Shown one piece after another: positions 19,004 through 28,879 of a DNA stretch of 64,000 nucleotides. The stretch is from an uncultured Chloroflexia bacterium (GTDB lineage: Bacteria; Chloroflexota; Anaerolineae; JAAYZQ01): positions 896,001-960,000 of the forward strand of contig CAVOXA010000014.1 of the NCBI GenBank assembly GCA_963700285.1, in the 5' to 3' direction. Each line of letters starts with the position of its first letter. Position 1 is the stretch's first letter. A model generated the notes under the pieces. It had not been told where the DNA came from. It ran no database searches and saw nothing but the letters and a program-made list of their open reading frames with translations. A program made the position numbers and the translations under genes.

Positions 19004-21610
19004 TTGATCTACTTGGCCGATCTCTTGGCATCTACGGGCGGGTCCGTTCATGGCCATGTCTTCTCTAACCAATTCAGCGATTTTTGCTATGATACCCGCC
19101 TGCTGAATCCAGGCGAACTCTTTCTGGCTGTAGTCACCGACAAGGGCGATGGTCACGACTATATCCCGGAAGCGGCGCGTCTGGGGGCAAAGGGCGTACT
19201 CTGCGAACGGCCCTACGATCTGGAATCGTACGGCTGCACGTGCGTGTTGGTCGACAATACCAGCACGGCGTTACTCGATTGGGCACGTTATATTCTGCGC
19301 AAACTAGGTCCCCGTGTCGTAGGCATCACCGGCTCCACAGGAAAGACAACAACAAAGGAACTGATGGCAGCGGTTTTGTCGCAACGCTATGAGACCTTTC
19401 GAAATTATGGAAACTACAACAACCACCACGGGCTGCCCATCGCCCTGGGAAGGCTGAATCAGGAACACAAAGTCGCTGTGCTGGAGATGGCCTGCGATGG
19501 CGTGGACCAAATTCGCGAGCTGGCGGCCTTGGCTCGCCCGACCATCGGGGTGGTTACTTCTGTGAACGAGACACACCTGGCCTACCTGGGCTCCCTGAAG
19601 GCAATTGCGCTCGAAAAGGGTAGGCTCGTGGAAGCCCTGCCGCCCCAGAAGCAGGGTGGGACGGCAGTCCTCAACTATGACGATCCGCGAGTACGGGCCA
19701 TGGGCTCACGTACACAAGCTCAGGTTGTGACCTATGGACTGGACCCCAGTGCAGATCTGGTTGCCGGAGGCATAGAAGCTGGACCTCAAGGCCTGTCGTT
19801 CACCGTTTTTGTCAGGGATTTCTTTCCCACCCCAGGGTTGCGCAGCCGGCGGAAGCTCAGGGTCAAGCTGCCGCTGCTAGGCTCGCACAATGTCTACGCT
19901 GCTCTGGCAGCCATCGCGGTAGGCTTGATCCTTGATGTCCCGCTAGAGGAGGCGTTGGAAGCAATGGTCAGCCTGCATTCGCTGCCGGGGCGCATCAACC
20001 CCCTGGCCGGCGCCAGCGGAACGCTGATCCTGGACGACACTTTTAGTGCCAGTCCTGCCTCGACCCTAGCCGCACTGGATACCTTGCATCTTTTTGACAG
20101 AGGTCGCCGCTTCGCCATCCTGGGTGATCTGCTTGAGCTGGGAGGTTACAGCGCTCAAGCCTACCGCAGCATAGGCCAGCGCGTCGCCGAGGTGTCCAGT
20201 TTTCTCGTGGCCCAAGGCGACAGCGCCGCCCACATTGCCGAGGCGGCCCAGGCATCCGGTCTACCGGCAGACCGGACACTGGTCACCTACACGGCACAGG
20301 ACACCATCCGGGGAGTAGCCAGCCGGCTTTGCCCGGGCGACACGGTTCTGGTCAAGGGCGCGGTGGAAGCGCGAATGGAACAGGTAGTCGCCGGCCTCCT
20401 GGCCGATCCTTCCGAGGCATCCCGCGTATTGGTCCGCCAGACAGCCGGTTGGCAGAAAGTCCGTTTGCTCCAACCCGGCCGGCCTACCTGGCTGGAGGTC
20501 GATTTGGAAGCCATTGCCCACAACGTCCGGCGTGTAGCCGATATGACCGGACCAGACGTGGCGATCCTGGCCATCCTCAAGGCCGATGGCTATGGCCACG
20601 GCATGCTGCGCGTTGCACGCACGGCCCTGAACAACGGCGCGTACTACCTGGGCGTGGCCAGCATCAATGAAGGCGTCTTGCTTCGCCAGAAGGGCATCAC
20701 AGCGCCGATCTTGGTTCTGGGTTTTACGCCAGCCTGGCAAGCCCGGGACCTGGTACTCAATGGCCTGACCGCCACCGTCTTTGATCTGGACGTGGCCAAA
20801 GCCCTAAGCCGCGCTGCCCACGAGCTGAACGGCCAGGTACGGGTCCACGTCAAAGTGGATACCGGAATGGGCCGGCTGGGGTTGCTGCCTGACCAGGTTC
20901 TGTCCTTGGCCCAGGAACTGCTAGCGCTCCCTCACCTGCTGGTTGAGGGGATTTTCACCCATTTTTCCGTAGCCGACAGTGACCACGACTATACACGCTG
21001 GCAACTTCAGCGATTCCGACAGGTCGTGGAGGCGCTTGTGGAGCAGGGTATCGAGATCCCCTTGGTCCACGCCGCCAACTCGGCGGCCATCCTTTCCCTA
21101 CCAGAGAGCCACTGTCGGAATTGGTTCCCAGGCAGGGGATTCGGCGGCATGGTCCGGCTGGGCATCGCCATGTACGGATTGCATCCCTCGGAACAGGTAC
21201 CCTGCCCCCCCGATTTCCGACCAGCCCTGGCTTTCAAGACGCAGGTGGCGCAGGTCAAGACGCTTCCGCCGGGAAGCTTTGTCAGCTATGGTAATACCTA
21301 CCAAACCGAGGGCAAGCAGCGCATCGCCGTCATTCCCGTGGGCTATGCCGACGGCTTTCGCCGGACGCCGCGCCACTGGGGGAAAGTACTGGTCGGAGGG
21401 CAGCAGGCGACCATCGTGGGCCGGGTGTGTATGGATCAAACCATGATCGACGTGACCGATATTCCCGGCGTGCGCCAAGGCGACGAGGTGGTCCTCATTG
21501 GGGAGCAGGGATCGGAGCGAATCACGGCCGAGCAGGTTGCCCAACGATTGGGTACCATCAACTATGAGGTGGTCAGTGAAATCCTGGCCCGGGTACCTCG
21601 CGTGGTATAG
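19004..21610 (+). CDS. alr: Bifunctional MurF-like ligase / alanine racemase fusion
   Basis: MurF part has ITGSTGKTTTKE, GNYNN and LVKG. Alr part has AILKADGYGHG, KVDTGMGRLG, SYG, GYADG, GRVCMDQ and GTINYE. Confidence 0.93.
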   Translation: MIYLADLLASTGGSVHGHVFSNQFSDFCYDTRLLNPGELFLAVVTDKGDGHDYIPEAARLGAKGVLCERPYDLESYGCTCVLVDNTSTALLDWARYILRKLGPRVVGITGSTGKTTTKELMAAVLSQRYETFRNYGNYNNHHGLPIALGRLNQEHKVAVLEMACDGVDQIRELAALARPTIGVVTSVNETHLAYLGSLKAIALEKGRLVEALPPQKQGGTAVLNYDDPRVRAMGSRTQAQVVTYGLDPSADLVAGGIEAGPQGLSFTVFVRDFFPTPGLRSRRKLRVKLPLLGSHNVYAALAAIAVGLILDVPLEEALEAMVSLHSLPGRINPLAGASGTLILDDTFSASPASTLAALDTLHLFDRGRRFAILGDLLELGGYSAQAYRSIGQRVAEVSSFLVAQGDSAAHIAEAAQASGLPADRTLVTYTAQDTIRGVASRLCPGDTVLVKGAVEARMEQVVAGLLADPSEASRVLVRQTAGWQKVRLLQPGRPTWLEVDLEAIAHNVRRVADMTGPDVAILAILKADGYGHGMLRVARTALNNGAYYLGVASINEGVLLRQKGITAPILVLGFTPAWQARDLVLNGLTATVFDLDVAKALSRAAHELNGQVRVHVKVDTGMGRLGLLPDQVLSLAQELLALPHLLVEGIFTHFSVADSDHDYTRWQLQRFRQVVEALVEQGIEIPLVHAANSAAILSLPESHCRNWFPGRGFGGMVRLGIAMYGLHPSEQVPCPPDFRPALAFKTQVAQVKTLPPGSFVSYGNTYQTEGKQRIAVIPVGYADGFRRTPRHWGKVLVGGQQATIVGRVCMDQTMIDVTDIPGVRQGDEVVLIGEQGSERITAEQVAQRLGTINYEVVSEILARVPRVV

Positions 21611-21662
21611 CCCTGGCCAACAGGCGCCTATCACTTCCCAGAGATAGAATCCGCGCCCTGGC

Positions 21663-22574
21663 TCATACCTCGTCCGGCGGAAACAGATCGCACATCGTTC
21701 CCAGCGTCGCCCCAACCGCTTGCAAGTCTACACCTTCGCACAGTGAGAGTACAGAATCGAGGATAAGCCTCAAGTTCACCGTAGCAAAGTGCACAGGGTC
21801 CAGGTAATCCTGGTCGTTGTGCGTATCCAGGACCAGGGTACCATATTTCGCAGCGTCTGCACGCGTTCGCTCCACCACGTGCTCCACGACTTCCCGGTGA
21901 TTGTACGGCGCCGGGACGTAGGGCCATTCAAAGCCCTGTTCTCCGGCAGCACCGGTCTGCACCGGCCTTTGATAGTCGACCGATACCGGCACCTCAATGA
22001 AGCTGCTCGTGCCCGCAAGCTGCCGAAAATCAAGATTGGCTCGGTGTGGATAGGGCTCGGCCCCCGCCCACACGCTGCAGTGCTCTGGCAGAACCCGGCC
22101 GGGATTGGACAGGCTGCCGCCCCTAAAACCCAGATCCCGTAGAACACGGAAAGTATTGTCGTTGCCAGAAAAATAGCCCGCTCTGAAATAGAGCGGCCTC
22201 TGGCCGAGGGCACGCTCCCAAACCTCCACAGCAGAGGACAGCATCTCTCGTTGCTCCTGGTCCGAATAGGCACCCAGGTCTTCCAAGTAGCCTCTGCCGA
22301 CAAACTTGTAAGGATGCAGATGCAGGCCCAGGCAGTGTCCCCTCCCCTGCAGATCCAGCAGTAGATCGCGATTTCCTACCGCAACCTCGGGATGGGCGAG
22401 CAGGGTCAAAGGTAGCCCATAGGCCTCCGCGATGGCCGCGTAGCCCTGGATCGCTCGCTCGCTCTCCTCATAGTCCTGGGGGCCACTTGCCGACATCCTG
22501 GTGCCGTGGGGCGTTACCTCGTGCTTGGCAGTTTCGCAGTCCATGGTCAGCAGCACATATAGATTGGTGGTCAT
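21663..22574 (-). CDS. Polysaccharide deacetylase (NodB/CE4-like) family protein
   Basis: LTMDCE, GLHLHP, FRAGYFS. Confidence 0.7.
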   Translation of the reverse strand: MTTNLYVLLTMDCETAKHEVTPHGTRMSASGPQDYEESERAIQGYAAIAEAYGLPLTLLAHPEVAVGNRDLLLDLQGRGHCLGLHLHPYKFVGRGYLEDLGAYSDQEQREMLSSAVEVWERALGQRPLYFRAGYFSGNDNTFRVLRDLGFRGGSLSNPGRVLPEHCSVWAGAEPYPHRANLDFRQLAGTSSFIEVPVSVDYQRPVQTGAAGEQGFEWPYVPAPYNHREVVEHVVERTRADAAKYGTLVLDTHNDQDYLDPVHFATVNLRLILDSVLSLCEGVDLQAVGATLGTMCDLFPPDEV

Positions 22575-22602
22575 CGTCTGCCCGCGCCCCTCTTCCCACG
22601 TC

Positions 22603-23897
22603 CTAATCCTGCTCGCGCCGGAGAACTGGCACAGTCTCACCGCCATGGGTCAGGACAACGATGCCTGCCTCCGCCCCCTGTCGCTCCAGCGCTCTCTGCA
22701 GTGCCTCCTCAAGGCTGCCGGCGCGGTCAAAGCCCAACACGCCTACCTCGTGCTCCGAGAGTCCATCGGATACCACGGTCACCCAGGCCAGTTCGTTACA
22801 ACAGGCCGCGATATTGCTGACCGTCAGGGCCGCATAGTCCTGGATCCCCAGCCGGCGCGTTTCATGCCACAGGCGACGCGAGGGGATGCCGGCCAGTGCT
22901 TCCAGGGTAGCTACGTGCTCTTGCTGGCCCGACAGTCCCTCCGGACATGGCGTAAGCAGAATGATATCGCCGCCCCGCTTGACGATCTTTTCCGCCGAGT
23001 AGAGGGCCTTGTTCGCCTGCCAGAAATCGATATCGGCCGGGTAGGAGCTCACCAGCACAATGTCGGCAAGACTGGGGACAGGGACCTCCCAAATAGGGCG
23101 AGCCAGTTCCACACCACGCCGGTGCGCCGCCCGGCTTTCACCAGCTACCACGTGGGCCACAGCAGCGTGCCGGTCCAGGACACAATTCACCACCCCCGTC
23201 AGATTGGTCTGCTTTGCTACCGCCTCCAGCTCAGCCCGCACGGGGTTCTCCAATATCCCCATATTCGAGGTGGGTGAGCGCGCCGCCAACAGATGGGTAA
23301 AGTAGGTTGTCTCTTTCCCGCAAATGCCGGGCTGGACGATCTTGCCCCCCCCGGACCACCCGGCCAGATTGTGAGGTACGATGTTGCCGATACCCACGCA
23401 CATATCCGCCTGTTGGATCAGCCGGTTCACTTTGATCGGTGTCCCGTTGGGGGTGACACCCAGGTCAACCAGGGCGCTTGGATCATCCCAATGGTGATTG
23501 AGGATCGGGTAGGCAGCGGCAATCTCGTGGCCGACCCGGGTATTGATCTCTTCCCGGGTCATCTTGCGGTGAGTTCCCAGGGCGATCAAGATGGTCACCT
23601 CGATCCCTCTTTGTTCAACCTCCAGTTCCTCCAACAGCACAGGCAGGATCTCGTCGACGGGGGTTGGTCTGGTGATGTCGTCAATCAAAAGAAGGATGCG
23701 CCCTACCCCTTTGAGCAGCGCGGAGAACGGGGGGCATTGATCGGAGCCCTCAGCGCCTCACGCACCTGGGTGGCCACATCAGCCGCCTGAGGCACTTCCT
23801 TGGGATTTGCCACTCCGAGCAGATTGTCGCTGGGCACCCCAATTTCGACAGAGCCTCTGCCGTAGGGCAGAGGGACCTTTGTGATTTGTTCAGACAG
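22603..23897 (-). CDS. LarA-family nickel-pincer racemase/epimerase, frameshifted in the G6 run at 23729-23734; apparent CTG start
   Basis: LPYG N-terminus, DDITRPTP, ALGTHRKMT, PHNLAGWSGGGK, YPADIDFWQANK. One added C restores INAPPFSALLKG. Confidence 0.85.
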
Positions 23898-23899
23898 TT

Positions 23900-24628
23900 T
23901 CAGTTCTCCTTTTCCAGTTGCGGCTGAACTTCGCCCCGTACCTGAGCGAGATGGCAGAGCATTGTTTCTCTAGCCTGTTCAGCGTGATCGGGGCCAGCCT
24001 TGACGTGCTCAAGCAACTGCCAGTGGTAGGTCTGTCCTCTCTTCATGGCCCCGGGCGTCCGCTGCGCCAAGCCCATGACATCCTGTAGCAGATCAATGAT
24101 CGGGTGGATCAGGATCACCAACAGTTCGTTTCCCGTGGCTTCGGCCAGGGCCGAATGGAAAGCCAAGTCAGCCGGTATATACTCGGTAGGATCGTCCAGG
24201 GCCAGGTCCATTCTGTGCAGCGCACCTTCAATCTCTCTGATATTCTCAGGTGAGGCATTGCGCGCTGCGATGGCAGCAATGTCGGGCTCCAATGCCTCCC
24301 GGACCTGCAGGAGATCGCGGATGGCCCAATCGCTGCGCTCGGCCGACAGTTGGAGGGGGATTCTCAGAGCGTCCTTTCCCGGATCGGCTACGAACGTACC
24401 CACACCATGCCTGACCTCAACGACGCCCCAGGCGTCCAGGAGTTTGATGGCTTCACGTGCAGCGGTCCGGCTGACCTTTAGGTAGCCAGTGAGTTCATCC
24501 ATAGGCGGCAGGCGGTCACCCGCCTCCAGTTGGCGGTGCGCAATGAGATCTCTGATCTGATCAGCCACTTGCTCAGACAGAGTCCCCTTGCCTGCTCCCA
24601 CTGGCTGGTATAGGGTCGACTTGTCCAT
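23900..24628 (-). CDS. GntR/FadR family transcriptional regulator
   Basis: HTH GDRLPP..VSRTAAREAI..GVGTFV and FCD domain ADLAFHSALAEATGN. Confidence 0.93.
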   Translation of the reverse strand: MDKSTLYQPVGAGKGTLSEQVADQIRDLIAHRQLEAGDRLPPMDELTGYLKVSRTAAREAIKLLDAWGVVEVRHGVGTFVADPGKDALRIPLQLSAERSDWAIRDLLQVREALEPDIAAIAARNASPENIREIEGALHRMDLALDDPTEYIPADLAFHSALAEATGNELLVILIHPIIDLLQDVMGLAQRTPGAMKRGQTYHWQLLEHVKAGPDHAEQARETMLCHLAQVRGEVQPQLEKEN

Positions 24629-24690
24629 AGATGGTCTCCTAAATCCTATCCATTTCTTTCTATTGCAGACCCAACGAGCGATCAGGATAC

Positions 24691-24719
24691 TTGACAGGGG
24701 ATGAGACTTGTGATAGAAT
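24691..24719 (+). promoter_or_regulatory. Sigma70 promoter for the catabolic operon
   Basis: TTGACA-17-TAGAAT with TG extension. Confidence 0.75.
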
Positions 24720-24746
24720 AGATATGACCTCATACCTCATACGTCT
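24720..24746. promoter_or_regulatory. Candidate FadR-type operator
   Basis: Near-palindrome AGATATGA-cc-TCATACCT overlaps tandem ACCTCAT x2, lying between two facing promoters. Confidence 0.55.
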
Positions 24747-24749
24747 ACA

Positions 24750-24778
24750 AGTATAGCAGGGACTGCTAGATTTGTCAA
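24750..24778 (-). promoter_or_regulatory. Sigma70 promoter for the fadR-larA-deacetylase operon
   Basis: TTGACA-17-TATACT with TG extension on the minus strand. Confidence 0.75.
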
Positions 24779-25050
24779 GTAGATTGAGCATAGTCTTGGA
24801 GCGAGGGGACAGGATGTCTCGAGGTTATTGGTAAGCGCGCTGGACGTCGACGGCCATCATTGGGCTCATCTACAGTGAGCCTTTGTGGCCCGAGCGACTG
24901 CAGCGCGTTTGTTGTTTTTCGGAAGGGAGGTGGTTGAGCAGCCAGAACGGGCACATGGTGGGCAGGGCTCCAAGTCCTGCTGGCGGGTTGCTGGACCCGC
25001 GGTCACTGGTTTACCGGTCGAGCCATCAGTCTTATAGAAGGGAGAAGAAA

Positions 25051-26763
25051 ATGTCCGCAAGCAAGAAATCGATAGGCGTCGTACTGCTCATCATGGTCGC
25101 GTTGTTGCTAGCCTCTTGTGGCGCCACGCCCGAGCCTCAGATCGTTGAGGTCGAAAAGGTCGTCACCCAAGTCGTGGAGGTGGAAAAAGAAGTCGTCGTC
25201 ACCGAGATCGTCGAGGTCGAAGGCAAAGAAACCGTCGTCGAGGTCACCAAAGTAGTCAAAGAAGAAGTCGAAGTGGTCGTCACGGCCACGCCGGAACCCA
25301 CCATGGAGGCACCCACAGGCCCCGTGGCGGGTGGGTCGCTCCGTTTCGGCATGACTTCGGACTTTGACCACTTTAACCCCGGCTACCTGGGCTATGAGGA
25401 ATTCCCGGTACGCGCCCAGATTTTTGACTCGCTCATCCGCTACGACCACGACGTGCAGCCCCACCCCCGGCTGGCCGAGACCTGGGAGATGAGCGACGAC
25501 GGGCTGACCTTGACCATCAAGCTGCGTGAAGGGGTCAAGTTCCACAATGGCCGGGAGATGGTAGCCGACGACATCATCCAGAACCTGGCCTTTGCCCAGG
25601 ACGAGGAGACCTGCTACCATATGTGCCAGGGGACAGCCAAGATCGAATCGGCAGAGGCCGTGGACGACTATACCGTCGTGTTCCACTACAGCGAGTTCGA
25701 CGCCGGCTGGCAAGATTTCCTGGAGGACTGGTACATCATCGCCCCCGAAGCCTTTGGCACCCTGGACAACAACCCCATCGGCACCGGGCCATTCAAGTTC
25801 AAAGAGTACATCCCAGACGACCATACCATTTTTGTCAAGAACGAGGACTACTGGGGCTCGGAAGGCCCCTACGTCGACGAGATCTATATTCGCTCCTTCG
25901 GCACCGACGAAGAGGCTTTGGTCGCGGCCCTCGAATCGGGGGAGATAGACCTGACGCACCAAACGCCGACCAAAGACGTGGGGCGGCTGCAGCGAGACGG
26001 GTTCGTGATCTATGACGGGCAGCCAGGCGCCTTTGTCGACGTCATCTATGCCAGCTCCCTGGGCATACCGGAGACCAAGATCAGGCAAGCGATCATGCAC
26101 GCCATAGACTGGCAGGCGCTGTCGGACGGGGTCTACTATGGCACGGGAGAGCTGGGAGCCAGGATGAGCTATCCACCGACATCCTGGGTCTTTGACGAGG
26201 AGCTTGAAAAGCTCTACCCCTACGATCCAGAAAAGGCCAAGGCCCTGCTGGCTGAGGCTGGCTACGACACCATCGACATCGAGTACAACGCGGTGAGCTT
26301 GGACTATATCCAGGGTGGGCTCATCATGCGCGACAGCATGGCCGAGGCGGGCATCAACCTGGAGGTCGTACCCCTGGAGCGCACGCAGTGGCTGGACAAG
26401 TACTATGGCGGCAACTATGGCGTTGCCATGAGCTACATCGCCAACAGCAACAAGGACCCATCACGCCTGTTCATGAACAGCCAGTACCGCTGTGAAAATA
26501 CCACTTCCAAGAGCGATGAGTGGCCGGTCCATCCAGAAACGGGCGAATCCTATTGTGCCTTAATGGCTGAGGCTTCGTCCATCCCCGATCAGGAAAAGCG
26601 CACAGAACTCTACCGCAAGATCCAGGAGATCATGGCCGAGGAGGCTTGGGCCATCGGCTACCGGATGCGGCCGGCGAACTTTGCGGCAAGTCCCGCCGTG
26701 CAGGGCTTTGACTGGCGCATCGACAACGGCATCCTGCTGGAGAACGTGTGGCTGATGCCGTAG
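25051..26763 (+). CDS. Peptide ABC transporter substrate-binding lipoprotein (family 5)
   Basis: Lipobox LASC, V/E/K-rich linker, LAETWE..KLREGVKFHNG, PIGTGPFK. Confidence 0.93.
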   Translation: MSASKKSIGVVLLIMVALLLASCGATPEPQIVEVEKVVTQVVEVEKEVVVTEIVEVEGKETVVEVTKVVKEEVEVVVTATPEPTMEAPTGPVAGGSLRFGMTSDFDHFNPGYLGYEEFPVRAQIFDSLIRYDHDVQPHPRLAETWEMSDDGLTLTIKLREGVKFHNGREMVADDIIQNLAFAQDEETCYHMCQGTAKIESAEAVDDYTVVFHYSEFDAGWQDFLEDWYIIAPEAFGTLDNNPIGTGPFKFKEYIPDDHTIFVKNEDYWGSEGPYVDEIYIRSFGTDEEALVAALESGEIDLTHQTPTKDVGRLQRDGFVIYDGQPGAFVDVIYASSLGIPETKIRQAIMHAIDWQALSDGVYYGTGELGARMSYPPTSWVFDEELEKLYPYDPEKAKALLAEAGYDTIDIEYNAVSLDYIQGGLIMRDSMAEAGINLEVVPLERTQWLDKYYGGNYGVAMSYIANSNKDPSRLFMNSQYRCENTTSKSDEWPVHPETGESYCALMAEASSIPDQEKRTELYRKIQEIMAEEAWAIGYRMRPANFAASPAVQGFDWRIDNGILLENVWLMP

Positions 26764-26798
26764 CGGTCGGCTGACCTTGCTTTAGAGCTTCATATCGT

Positions 26799-26836
26799 GG
26801 GGGGAACCTGCCTCTGCCCAGAGCCAGGTTCCCCCC
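26799..26836 (+). other. Strong intergenic stem-loop after the SBP gene
   Basis: GGGGGGAACCTG / CAGGTTCCCCCC, a 12-bp stem with no U tract. Confidence 0.7.
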
Positions 26837-26869
26837 TTACCGGACCATCGGTTTCCCTGGGAGGCGTCT

Positions 26870-27814
26870 ATGGGACGTTATGTAACACGCAGACTCTTGC
26901 AGACCATTCCGGTTCTGATTGCGGCTTCTGTTCTCGTCTTTCTCTTGATCCATTTCCTGCCCGGCGATCCAGCTCTGGCCCTCCTGGGCGACAATGCCAC
27001 CCAGGAGATGATCGATGCCATGCGCGGGAAGCTGGGCTTGAACGAGCCGCTCTACGTGCAGTATGGCCTCTGGGTTGGGCGCTTGGTTCAGGGAGATCTT
27101 GGCGTCTCGCTCCGCGGCGGGCAGCAGGTGTCTGACCTCATCGGCATGAAGGTGGTGGCGACGGCCCAGTTGGTGATCGCCGCTTTCCTACTATCGGTCT
27201 TGATCTCTTTCCCCCTGGGCATCTGGGCCGCCCTCAAACCCCATTCCTGGCCCGACCGCTTCATCATGGCTTTCAGCAGCCTTGGTGTGGCCCTGCCGAG
27301 CTATTTTCTGGGGATCGTCCTGGTCCTCATCTTTTCCCTGCGCCTGGGCTGGCTGCCTTCGTCCGGATATGTCAGACCCAGCGAGGATCTAGCGGGCTTT
27401 CTCCGCTTCCTCATCTTGCCAGCGGTTACGCTGGCGGCGGGCCTGGCGGCCGTCCAGATGCGCTTTGTCCGGTCGGCCCTCTTGGAAGTCTTGACCGAGG
27501 ACTATGTCCGCACGGCCCGGGCCAAGGGGTTGAGGGAAAGCGGCGTTGTCTGGGGACATGCGCTCAAGAACGCCTTTATCTCGGTGGTGACGATCCTGGG
27601 GTTGCAGTTCGGCGCCATGCTGACCGGCTCGGTCCTGGTGGAAACCCTCTTTGGCTGGCCGGGCATGGGCCGGCTCCTGATCACCGCCATCACCCAGCGG
27701 GACTATGCCATGGTGCAAGCGACCATGCTCTTCTTGCTGATCATCTTTACCCTGGCCAACCTGGCTGTCGACGTGAGCTATGGCTGGCTGGATCCGCGGG
27801 TGAGCCGGTCATGA
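26870..27814 (+). CDS. Peptide ABC permease (DppB-like)
   Basis: LPGDPA, DYVRTARAKGL, VETLFGWPGMG. Confidence 0.93.
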   Translation: MGRYVTRRLLQTIPVLIAASVLVFLLIHFLPGDPALALLGDNATQEMIDAMRGKLGLNEPLYVQYGLWVGRLVQGDLGVSLRGGQQVSDLIGMKVVATAQLVIAAFLLSVLISFPLGIWAALKPHSWPDRFIMAFSSLGVALPSYFLGIVLVLIFSLRLGWLPSSGYVRPSEDLAGFLRFLILPAVTLAAGLAAVQMRFVRSALLEVLTEDYVRTARAKGLRESGVVWGHALKNAFISVVTILGLQFGAMLTGSVLVETLFGWPGMGRLLITAITQRDYAMVQATMLFLLIIFTLANLAVDVSYGWLDPRVSRS

Positions 27815-28794
27815 GCCCTGCTGACAGAGGCAATCATCAAACTATAGAGGAGGCAGCCTCAGTGACAACGGTTGTCAGGGCGGCGCCAGCGACGGAGCGC
27901 AAGGTCTACGGGGGGGAGATCGACGAATCCTGGCGACAGAAGCCTGCCTGGCGGGAGAGCACCTTCGGCCGCGTGGTCGTAGAGATCCAGCATGACAAGG
28001 CTGCCCTCATCGGGCTGGCCTGGATCATCGTCCTGATCCTCCTGGCGATCCTGGGGCCGGTATTGCCGCTGAAAGATTGGGAGGAGGTCGATATCAGCGC
28101 CGCCTTCGAACCGCCTTCCCTGGAATATTTCTTTGGGACCGATAATTTGGGCCGGGACCAGTTTTCACGAGTCATCCTTGCGGCGCGGGTGTCGGTGCTG
28201 GGCAGCATAGCAGCTGTCGCTGTGGGCACCATCATTGGCGTCTCGTGGGGCCTGGCGGCGGGGTTCTTTGGGGGTACGGCCGGCTCGATCATGATGCGCA
28301 TCGTCGATTTTTTGCTGTCGATCCCGACCATCCTCATGGCGCTCCTGATCCTGGCCCTGTTGGGGCCGGGGGCCATCAACGCCATCATCGCCATCGCCGT
28401 GACCCGCATCCCCACCATGGCCCGCCTGGCCCGTTCCAGCGCGCTGGTCGAGCAGGGCAAGGACTATGTGATGGCCAGCCGATCCATCGGCGCGCGAAAC
28501 CGCCACATGTTGTTCAAAGTCATTGGTCCCAACACCCTGCCCCCAGTTTTTGTCCAGTTCACACTGTCCCTGGCTTTCGCCATCCTGCTCGAGAGCGGCC
28601 TGAGCTTCCTGGGTCTGGGCACCCGCCCGCCCACCCCGGCCTGGGGTTCGATGCTGGCCACGGGCCGGCGCTACCTCCAGGACGCGCCGTGGATGGCCAT
28701 CTTCCCCGGCCTGGCCATCACAACCTACGTCCTGGCCGTGGGCTATCTGTCCGATGGTCTCCGGGCAGCGATCGGAGCCAAGAGCCTTCGCTAG
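27811..28794 (+). CDS. Peptide ABC permease (DppC-like)
   Basis: GTDNLGRDQFSR, ESGLSFLGLG. ATGA overlap with the upstream gene. Confidence 0.93.
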   Translation: MSPADRGNHQTIEEAASVTTVVRAAPATERKVYGGEIDESWRQKPAWRESTFGRVVVEIQHDKAALIGLAWIIVLILLAILGPVLPLKDWEEVDISAAFEPPSLEYFFGTDNLGRDQFSRVILAARVSVLGSIAAVAVGTIIGVSWGLAAGFFGGTAGSIMMRIVDFLLSIPTILMALLILALLGPGAINAIIAIAVTRIPTMARLARSSALVEQGKDYVMASRSIGARNRHMLFKVIGPNTLPPVFVQFTLSLAFAILLESGLSFLGLGTRPPTPAWGSMLATGRRYLQDAPWMAIFPGLAITTYVLAVGYLSDGLRAAIGAKSLR

Positions 28795-28879
28795 CTCGCC
28801 AGTGTCTGAACATCAAGGCCGGATTGGGCATTGGGCTGGCACCTTCTGCTGAGATTTCTTGATCCAGAAAGGGATACCC

